This document shows positions 1 through 8,297 of a stretch of DNA of 23,520 bases, in pieces; position 1 is the stretch's first letter; every line of letters starts with the position of its first letter. The notes under the pieces are model-generated. The model was not told where the DNA came from. It made no database searches and was given only the letters and a program-made list of their open reading frames with translations. Source of the DNA: Utricularia gibba. Its lineage: Eukaryota; Plantae; Magnoliophyta. Both the position numbers and the translations under genes were made by a program. The stretch is taken from positions 1-23,520 of the forward strand of contig NEEC01000335.1 in the NCBI GenBank assembly GCA_002189035.1, in the 5' to 3' direction.

Positions 1-202
1 TATACACTCGATTGGAATCTTAACCAAGGATCGAATGCTAATTAAAATGATTAAAATAAAAATGCACACTCCATCCAAAGTATAACTAAGGGTCGAATGC
101 TAATAAAATTAAAAACTAAGAAACTTTCACATGTAGTATATGCTTTAATAACTAACGTATTTACATTATTTATATTTTAATAAACATATATCACATGATT
201 AT
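1..202. repeat. Partial right arm of the foldback (window starts inside it)
   Basis: Matches the distal part of the right arm of the complete copies and ends in ATGATTAT (195-202). Confidence 0.9.
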
Positions 203-471
203 AAAATATTTTTTTTGTCATTGTAGAAAGCTCATCACGCCACGCACACCACCCTGGAGAGGTTTCAACAGCTGTTATGAACTCACAACCCCTTGCTCAG
301 CAGATTCAGTAAAATTCTCTAACACTTGGGCTTCCAACGGATCATATCCCATATTCATTCATACGAAATTGTGCAAGAATAATGTGACTTTGAGTTTGAA
401 CTAGATAGTAGGACGCTGATCGAAGAATGGCCCATCGAGTCTCTAAAATTGGCCGTCCTCGCTCAACAAAT

Positions 472-1320
472 GTGGGGTGCACGTGACATCCCAATTTCAA
501 CAAATGCATCATGATTTTCGTCGAGTGGGCCCATGAGCCCGTCCGAACCCGGGGCCCGGGCCAAGGGCCCCTCGAGAGCGCCCGCCTCAATACGAGGAGG
601 TGTTCCTTCAAAAACCATATACGCGTCTCGTCACAACCCAACGTTAATAAATGCATCACTTTTTTTGGCGCGCTACTGCTGACTTTGGGCCTGAGTTCGG
701 CACGACCTCCGGCTCGATCAGGGTGCCCCCGAGAGCTCCTCCTTAAGTATAAAGTGTGTTGTTGAAAAAAACCGTGTGCGGTTCTCGTGACATCCTAACT
801 TCAACAAATGCATCACGATTTTCGTCGAGTCGGACGGGACCGGGCTCCCGGGGCCCGGACGAGGCGCAGCGCCCGCTCCCCCCCCCCCAAAACTAGAAGG
901 TGTTCCATGGAAAACCATTTAGGCGGCTCGTGACAACCCAAAGTTAATAAATGCATCACTTTCTTTGCCGGGCTACAATGACTTTACGCTCGAGCCTGGT
1001 ACGACGTATGGGAAGATTCGAGTGCCCCCCCGAGAGCGTCTCCACAAGTATAAAGCGTGTTGTTGAAAAAACCGTGTTGGGTGCACGTGACATCCTAATT
1101 TCAACAAATGTGTCACGATTTTCGCCGAGTGGGACCAGAGTGGGCTCATCAGCCAGACCGAACCCGGGGCCCAAGCCAAGGGCCCTCGAGAGCGCCCCCC
1201 ACAAACTAGATGGTGTTCCACGAAAAAAATTAGGCGGCTCGTGATAACCCAACGCTAAAATGCATCCCTTTTTTCGCCGGGCTAAAACTGACTTTGGGCT
1301 CATGCCCGGCGCGACCCCCA
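472..1320. repeat. GC-rich internal subrepeat block, copy 1: six diverged ~150-bp monomers forming ~300-bp dimers
   Basis: The motif CGT(G/C)A(C/T)A..C.AA..T.AA.AAATG recurs at 482, 629, 786, 929, 1086 and 1240 (spacings 147, 157, 143, 157, 154). Alternate monomers are more alike: 482/786/1086 share GTGACATCC.AA.TTCAACAAATG, and 629/929/1240 share ACCCAA.G.TAA..AATGCATC. Boundaries are approximate. Confidence 0.9.
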
Positions 1321-1629
1321 GCCCGTGTGCATACGCAGCAGCACCACGAGGCCACATGGGCTTGGTTAATGCCCGCGTGCTCGAGCAGCAGCCACAAGGC
1401 CATACGGCCGTGGAAAAAAAGAAAAACAACCATAAAATACAATAAGCCAAAAATAAAAAATAAAATTGATAAACCCTTGGTTCGGTTCGGGCCCAATCAA
1501 AACCGTAGGGTTTAACCCGTTCGGGTTGAACAGAAAGACAACCCCATGGGTCATGCAAACTGTAATACCCAGAATTTCATCGGGTTGGGTCCGAACCTGA
1601 ATGGATCCAACCCAGGCCCATCTCTAATC

Positions 1630-2519
1630 ATAATCATATGATATAGGTTTATTAAATTATAAATAATTGAAATACATTATTTATTAAACCGTAGGATAAC
1701 TGTGAAAGCTTCTTTGACTTAATTATTACCATTTGATCCTCAGTTGTACTTTGGATGGAGTGTGTTTTTTTACTTTAGTCAATTTAATTAGCATTCGATC
1801 CTTGGTTATGATTCAGATCATATTTGCTATTTTTTTACTTTAAATATTTTTATTATCATTCGATCCTTAAGTATAATGCGGATCGAGCGCGTATTTTTTA
1901 TTTAATATTTTTTATTAGCATTCGAACGTTAGGTATGCTGCGGATCGAGCGTATATTTTTCACTCTCATATTTTTATTAGCCTTAGATCCTTAGGTATAC
2001 TTTGGATCGAGTGCATATTCATTTATTTTAAATCTTAATTAGCGTTCCACCGTTAGGAGCAATTTAGAACGTGTATACATTACAATGCCATGCCACACGG
2101 CGTGGTTTACGCACAACCCACGCCCGTGTGCCCTTGCAATGTAAACACGCTACATAAGGATCGAGCGTTAACACAAGTTTCAAGTAAACCATCTCCACTC
2201 GATCCGAATCATGTCTAAAGACCGAAAGCCAATAAAAATATTAAAATAAAAAATATACGCTCGATCCGCATCATATCTTAGAATCGAATGCAAATAGAAT
2301 CGTTCAAATAAAAAATATACACTCGATTGGAATCTTAACCAAGGATCGAATGCTAATTAAAATGATTAAAATAAAAATGCACACTCCATCCAAAGTATAA
2401 CTAAGGGTCGAATGCTAATAAAATTAAAAACTAAGAAACTTTCACATGTAGTATATGCTTTAATATAACTAACGTATTTACATTATTTATATTTTAATAA
2501 ACATATATCACATGATTAT
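1630..2519. repeat. Long imperfect inverted repeat (foldback), copy 1
   Basis: ATAATCAT...ATGATTAT termini with complementary arms. This copy carries a net 9-nt loss at ~2151 and a 1-nt loss in the central stem. Confidence 0.93.
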
Positions 2520-2789
2520 AAAAATATTTTTTTTGTCATTGTAGAAAGCTCATCACGCCACGCACACCACCCTGGAGAGGTTTCAACAGCTGTTATGAAC
2601 TCACAACCCCTTGCTCAGCAGATTCAGTAAAATTCTCTAACACTTGGGCTTCCAACGGATCATATCCCATATTCATTCATACGAAATTGTGCAAGAATAA
2701 TGTGACTTTGAGTTTGAACTAGATAGTAGGACGCTGATCGAAGAATGGCCCATCGAGTCTCTAAAATTGGCCGTCCTCGCTCAACAAAT

Positions 2790-3636
2790 GTGGGGTGCAC
2801 GTGACATCCCAATTTCAACAAATGCATCATGATTTTCGTCGAGTGGGCCCATGAGCCCGTCCGAACCCGGGGCCCGGGCCAAGGGCCCCTCGAGAGCGCC
2901 CGCCTCAATACGAGGAGGTGTTCCTTCAAAAACCATATACGCGTCTCGTCACAACCCAACGTTAATAAATGCATCACTTTTTTGGCGCGCTACTGCTGAC
3001 TTTGGGCCTGAGTTCGGCACGACCTCCGGCTCGATCAGGGTGCCCCGAGAGCTCCTCCTTAAGTATAAAGTGTGTTGTTGAAAAAAACCGTGTGCGGTTC
3101 TCGTGACATCCTAACTTCAACAAATGCATCACGATTTTCGTCGAGTCGGACGGGACCGGGCTCCCGGGGCCCGGACGAGGCGCAGCGCCCGCTCCCCCCC
3201 CCCAAAACTAGAAGGTGTTCCATGGAAAACCATTTAGGCGGCTCGTGACAACCCAAAGTTAATAAATGCATCACTTTCTTTGCCGGGCTACAATGACTTT
3301 ACGCTCGAGCCTGGTACGACGTATGGGAAGATTCGAGTGCCCCCGAGAGCGTCTCCACAAGTATAAAGCGTGTTGTTGAAAAAACCGTGTTGGGTGCACG
3401 TGACATCCTAATTTCAACAAATGTGTCACGATTTTCGCCGAGTGGGACCAGAGTGGGCTCATCAGCCAGACCGAACCCGGGGCCCAAGCCAAGGGCCCCT
3501 CGAGAGCGCCCCCCACAAAACTAGATGGTGTTCCACGAAAAAAAATTAGGCGGCTCGTGATAACCCAACGCTAAGAAATGCATCCCTTTTTTCGCCGGGC
3601 TAAAACTGACTTTGGGCTCATGCCCGGCGCGACCCC
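2790..3636. repeat. GC-rich ~150/300-bp subrepeat block, copy 2
   Basis: First CGTGACATCCC at 2800 and last CGTGATAACC at 3556; same as copy 1. Confidence 0.9.
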
Positions 3637-4042
3637 AGCCCGTGTGCATACGCAGCAGCACCACGAGGCCACATGGGCTTGGTTAATGCCCGCGTGCTCG
3701 AGCAGCAGCCACAAGGCCATACGGCCGTGGAAAAAAAGAAAAACAACCATAAAATACAATAAGCCAAAAATAAAAATAAAATTGATAAACCCTTGGTTCG
3801 GTTCGGGCCCAATCAAAACCCGTAGGGTTTAACCCGTTCGGGTTGAACAGAAAGACAACCCCATGGGTCATGCAAACTGTAATACCCAGAATTTCATCGG
3901 GTTGGGTCCGAACCTGAATGGATCCAACCCAGGCCCATCTCTAATCATAATCATATGATATAGGTTTATTAAATTATAAATAATTGAAATACATTATTTA
4001 TTAAACCGTAGGATAACTGTGAAAGCTTCTTTGACTTAATTA

Positions 4043-4417
4043 TTACCATTTGATCCTCAGTTGTACTTTGGATGGAGTGTGTATTTTTACTTTAGTCAAT
4101 TTAATTAGCATTCGATCCTTGGTTATGATTCAGATCATATTTGCTATTTTTTTACTTTAAATATTTTTATTATCATTCGATCCTTAAGTATAATGCGGAT
4201 CGAGCGCGTATTTTTTATTTTAATATTTTTATTAGCATTCGAACGTTAGGTATGCTGCGGATCGAGCGTATATTTTTCACTCTCATATTTTTATTAGCCT
4301 TAGATCCTTAGGTATACTTTGGATCGAGTGCATATTCATTTATTTTAAATCTTAATTAGCGTTCCACCGTTAGGAGCAATTTAGAACGTGTATACATTAC
4401 AATGCCATGCCACACGG
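4043..4417. repeat. Six ~62-bp tandem subrepeats in the left foldback arm (present in every unit)
   Basis: TTAGCATTCGATCC-like starts at 4043, 4105, 4170, 4232, 4294 and 4356 (spacings 62, 65, 62, 62, 62). Each has a TCGATCC-N13-GGATCGA-like dyad followed by a T-rich tract. Confidence 0.9.
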
Positions 4418-4448
4418 GCGTGGTTTACGCACAACCCACGCCCGTGTG
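4411..4448. other. Perfect 13-bp GC-rich stem with 12-nt loop at the foldback centre (present in every unit)
   Basis: CACACGGGCGTGG (4411-4423), loop TTTACGCACAAC, then CCACGCCCGTGTG (4436-4448), an exact reverse complement. Confidence 0.95.
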
Positions 4449-4449
4449 C

Positions 4450-4745
4450 CCTTGCAATGTAAACACGCTCCACATTGCTCCTAAGGATCGAGCGTTAACA
4501 CAAGTTTCAAGTAAACCATCTCCACTCGATCCGAATCATGTCTAAAGACCGAAAGCCAATAAAAATATTAAAATAAAAAATATACGCTCGATCCGCATCA
4601 TATCTTAGAATCGAATGCAAATAGAATCGTTCAAATAAAAAATATACACTCGATTGGAATCTTAACCAAGGATCGAATGCTAATTAAAATGATTAAAATA
4701 AAAATGCACACTCCATCCAAAGTATAACTAAGGGTCGAATGCTAA
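4450..4745. repeat. Five ~62-bp subrepeats in the right foldback arm, inverted orientation (present in every unit)
   Basis: CTCGATCC-like half sites at 4468, 4525, 4587, 4649 and 4711 (spacings 57, 62, 62, 62). Each is followed 13 nt later by a GGATCGAATGCTAA-like sequence. Confidence 0.88.
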
Positions 4746-5115
4746 TAAAATTAAAAACTAAGAAACTTTCACATGTAGTATATGCTTTAATAACTAACGT
4801 ATTTACATTATTTATATTTTAATAAACATATATCACATGATTATAAAAATATTTTTTTTTGTCATTGTAGAAAGCTCATCACGCCACGCACACCACCCTG
4901 GAGAGGTTTCAACAGCTGTTATGAACTCACAACCCCTTGCTCAGCAGATTCAGTAAAATTCTCTAACACTTGGGCTTCCAACGGATCATATCCCATATTC
5001 ATTCATACGAAATTGTGCAAGAATAATGTGACTTTGAGTTTGAACTAGATAGTAGGACGCTGATCGAAGAATGGCCCATCGAGTCTCTAAAATTGGCCGT
5101 CCTCGCTCAACAAAT

Positions 5116-5967
5116 GTGGGGTGCACGTGACATCCCAATTTCAACAAATGCATCATGATTTTCGTCGAGTGGGCCCATGAGCCCGTCCGAACCCGGGGCC
5201 CGGGCCAAGGGCCCCTCGAGAGCGCCCGCCTCAATACGAGGAGGTGTTCCTTCAAAAACCATATACGCGTCTCGTCACAACCCAACGTTAATAAATGCAT
5301 CACTTTTTTTGGCGCGCTACTGCTGACTTTGGGCCTGAGTTCGGCACGACCTCGGCTCGATCAGGGTGCCCCACCGAGAGCTCCTCCTTAAGTATAAAGT
5401 GTGTTGTTGAAAAAAACCGTGTGCGGTTCTCGTGACATCCTAACTTCAACAAATGCATCACGATTTTCGTCGAGTCGGACGGGACCGGGCTCCCGGGGCC
5501 CGGACGAGGCGCAGCGCCCGCTCCCCTCCCCCCAAAACTAGAAGGTGTTCCATGGAAAACCATTTAGGCGGCTCGTGACAACCCAAAGTTAATAAATGCA
5601 TCACTTTCTTTGCCGGGCTACAATGACTTTACGCTCGAGCCTGGTACGACGTATGGGAAGATTCGAGTGCCCCCGAGAGCGTCTCCACAAGTATAAAGCG
5701 TGTTGTTGAAAAAACCGTGTTGGGTGCACGTGACATCCTAATTTCAACAAATGTGTCACGATTTTCGCCGAGTGGGACCAGAGTGGGCTCATCAGCCAGA
5801 CCGAACCCGGGGCCCAAGCCAAGGGCCCCTCGAGAGCGCCCCCCCACAAAACTAGATGGTGTTCCACGAAAAAAAATTAGGCGGCTCGTGATAACCCAAC
5901 GCTAAGAAATGCATCCCTTTTTTCGCCGGGCTAAAACTGACTTTGGGCTCATGCCCGGCGCGACCCC
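5116..5967. repeat. GC-rich ~150/300-bp subrepeat block, copy 3
   Basis: First and last anchor motifs at 5126 and 5887. Confidence 0.9.
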
Positions 5968-6277
5968 AGCCCGTGTGCATACGCAGCAGCACCACGAGGC
6001 CACATGGGCTTGGTTAATGCCCGCGTGCTCGAGCAGCAGCCACAAGGCCATACGGCCGTGGAAAAAAAGAAAAACAACCATAAATACAATAAGCCAAAAA
6101 TAAAAAATAAAATTGATAAACCCTTGGTTCGGTTCGGGCCCAATCAAAACCCGTAGGGTTTAACCCGTTCGGGTTGAACAGAAAGACAACCCCATGGGTC
6201 ATGCAAACTGTAATACCCAGAATTTCATCGGGTTGGGTCCGAACCTGAATGGATCCAACCCAGGCCCATCTCTAATC

Positions 6278-7176
6278 ATAATCATATGATATAGGTTTAT
6301 TAAATTATAAATAATTGAAATACATTATTTATTAAACCGTAGGATAACTGTGAAAGCTTCTTTGACTTAATTATTACCATTTGATCCTCAGTTGTACTTT
6401 GGATGGAGTGTGTATTTTTACTTTAGTCAATTTAATTAGCATTCGATCCTTGGTTATGATTCAGATCATATTTGCTATTTTTTTACTTTAAATATTTTTA
6501 TTATCATTCGATCCTTAAGTATAATGCGGATCGAGCGCGTATTTTTTATTTTAATATTTTTTATTAGCATTCGAACGTTAGGTATGCTGCGGATCGAGCG
6601 TATATTTTTCACTCTCATATTTTTATTAGCCTTAGATCCTTAGGTATACTTTGGATCGAGTGCATATTCATTTATTTTAAATCTTAATTAGCGTTCCACC
6701 GTTAGGAGCAATTTAGAACGTGTATACATTACAATGCCATGCCACACGGGCGTGGTTTACGCACAACCCACGCCCGTGTGCCCTTGCAATGTAAACACGC
6801 TCCACATTGCTCCTAAGGATCGAGCGTTAACACAAGTTTCAAGTAAACCATCTCCACTCGATCCGAATCATGTCTAAAGACCGAAAGCCAATAAAAATAT
6901 TAAAATAAAAAATATACGCTCGATCCGCATCATATCTTAGAATCGAATGCAAATAGAATCGTTCAAATAAAAAATATACACTCGATTGGAATCTTAACCA
7001 AGGATCGAATGCTAATTAAAATGATTAAAATAAAAATGCACACTCCATCCAAAGTATAACTAAGGGTCGAATGCTAATAAAATTAAAAACTAAGAAACTT
7101 TCACATGTAGTATATGCTTTAATAACTAACGTATTTACATTATTTATATTTTAATAAACATATATCACATGATTAT
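6278..7176. repeat. Foldback inverted repeat, copy 3 (899 bp)
   Basis: Same termini and arms as the reference copy. Confidence 0.95.
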
Positions 7177-7445
7177 AAAAATATTTTTTTGTCATTGTAG
7201 AAAGCTCATCACGCCACGCACACCACCCTGGAGAGGTTTCAACAGCTGTTATGAACTCACAACCCCTTGCTCAGCAGATTCAGTAAAATTCTCTAACACT
7301 TGGGCTTCCAACGGATCATATCCCATATTCATTCATACGAAATTGTGCAAGAATAATGTGACTTTGAGTTTGAACTAGATAGTAGGACGCTGATCGAAGA
7401 ATGGCCCATCGAGTCTCTAAAATTGGCCGTCCTCGCTCAACAAAT

Positions 7446-8297
7446 GTGGGGTGCACGTGACATCCCAATTTCAACAAATGCATCATGATTTTCGTCGAGT
7501 GGGCCCATGAGCCCGTCCGAACCCGGGGCCCGGGCCAAGGGCCCCTCGAGAGCGCCCGCCTCAATACGAGGAGGTGTTCCTTCAAAAACCATATACGCGT
7601 CTCGTCACAACCCAACGTTAATAAATGCATCACTTTTTTTGGCGCGCTACTGCTGACTTTGGGCCTGAGTTCGGCACGACCTCCGGCTCGATCAGGGTGC
7701 CCCACCGAGAGCTCCTCCTTAAGTATAAAGTGTGTTGTTGAAAAAAACCGTGTGCGGTTCTCGTGACATCCTAACTTCAACAAATGCATCACGATTTTCG
7801 TCGAGTCGGACGGGACCGGGCTCCCGGGGCCCGGACGAGGCGCAGCGCCGCTCCCCTCCCCCCAAAACTAGAAGGTGTTCCATGGAAAACCATTTAGGCG
7901 GCTCGTGACAACCCAAAGTTAATAAATGCATCACTTTCTTTGCCGGGCTACAATGACTTTACGCTCGAGCCTGGTACGACGTATGGGAAGATTCGAGTGC
8001 CCCCCGAGAGCGTCTCCACAAGTATAAAGCGTGTTGTTGAAAAAACCGTGTTGGGTGCACGTGACATCCTAATTTCAACAAATGTGTCACGATTTTCGCC
8101 GAGTGGGACCAGAGTGGGCTCATCAGCCAGACCGAACCCGGGGCCCAAGCCAAGGGCCCCTCGAGAGCGCCCCCCACAAAACTAGATGGTGTTCCACGAA
8201 AAAAAATTAGGCGGCTCGTGATAACCCAACGCTAAGAAATGCATCCCTTTTTTCGCCGGGCTAAAACTGACTTTGGGCTCATGCCCGGCGCGACCCC
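7446..8297. repeat. GC-rich ~150/300-bp subrepeat block, copy 4
   Basis: First and last anchor motifs at 7456 and 8217. Confidence 0.9.

Larger units (their letters stand above)
3947..4844. repeat. Long imperfect inverted repeat (foldback), copy 2 (reference copy): left arm 3947-4423, 12-nt loop, right arm 4436-4844
   Basis: Aligned by hand against the reverse complement, the outermost 59 bp match at 52/59. The 80-bp block GATCCTCAGTTG...GGTTATGATTC matches its mirror GAATCTTAACC...CTAAGGGTC at 72/80. TTAGGAGCAAT/ATTGCTCCTAA and CACACGGGCGTGG/CCACGCCCGTGTG pair near the centre. Confidence 0.95.

Noticed and set aside
443-452. CTAAAATTGG matches a stretch of U6 snRNA
   Set aside because: The match is only 10 nt; the following ACAGAGAAGATTAGC core is absent.
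342-659. 105-aa minus-strand ORF (MMHLLTLGCDETRIWFLKEH...), intact or extended in most copies and up to 192 aa at 16635-17213
   Set aside because: It has no recognisable domain. The repeated peptide MHLL(K/T)LGCH simply reflects the 150-bp DNA monomers. Its persistence follows from copy identity, and the extensions appear and vanish with homopolymer indels.
850-890. G-quadruplex on the minus strand (G-run opposite CTCCCCTCCCCCC)
   Set aside because: A fourth G3 tract needs a loop of ~15 nt, and the run length is unreliable between copies.
836-900. Helitron 3' end (GC-rich hairpin followed by CTAG), also at ~1160-1210
   Set aside because: CTAG is followed by A rather than T, lies inside internal subrepeats and lacks a clean hairpin at the expected distance. 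No RepHel sequence is present.
1506-1514. Telomeric repeat (TAGGGTTTA)
   Set aside because: It is a single copy per unit, not an array. It is treated only as a possible telo box.
511-1558. Other overlapping 60-200 aa ORFs on both strands, including hydrophobic F/L/Y-rich stretches that look like transmembrane segments
   Set aside because: Frames differ from copy to copy, and the hydrophobic runs are translations of the A-rich tract at ~1414-1470. There is no transposase, RT, Rep or other known motif.
1620-1640. Target-site duplication around the 899-bp foldback
   Set aside because: The flanks CCATCTCTAATC and AAAAATATTTTT share no direct repeat, so the foldback is not annotated as an inserted MITE.
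1721-1729. AATTATTAC fits the CRESS-DNA virus origin nonanucleotide NANTATTAC, and the unit size resembles such genomes
   Set aside because: It is not at the apex of a stem-loop, it is expected by chance in AT-rich DNA, and there is no Rep or capsid ORF.
1-2315. rDNA or 5S rDNA or snRNA/tRNA tandem gene array
   Set aside because: I found no 5S, 5.8S, 18S or 25-28S sequence, no tRNA cloverleaf and no plant Pol I start TATATAGGG on either strand. The unit repeats without any intervening gene.
1-2315. Kinetoplast minicircle or other organellar minicircle concatemer
   Set aside because: The universal minicircle sequence GGGGTTGGTGTA was not seen on either strand, and there is no organellar gene fragment.
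4043-4417. CRISPR-like look of regularly spaced 62-bp palindromic repeats
   Set aside because: The repeats are degenerate, the intervening segments are homologous T-rich tracts rather than unique spacers, the array is mirrored in the other arm, and no cas genes are present.
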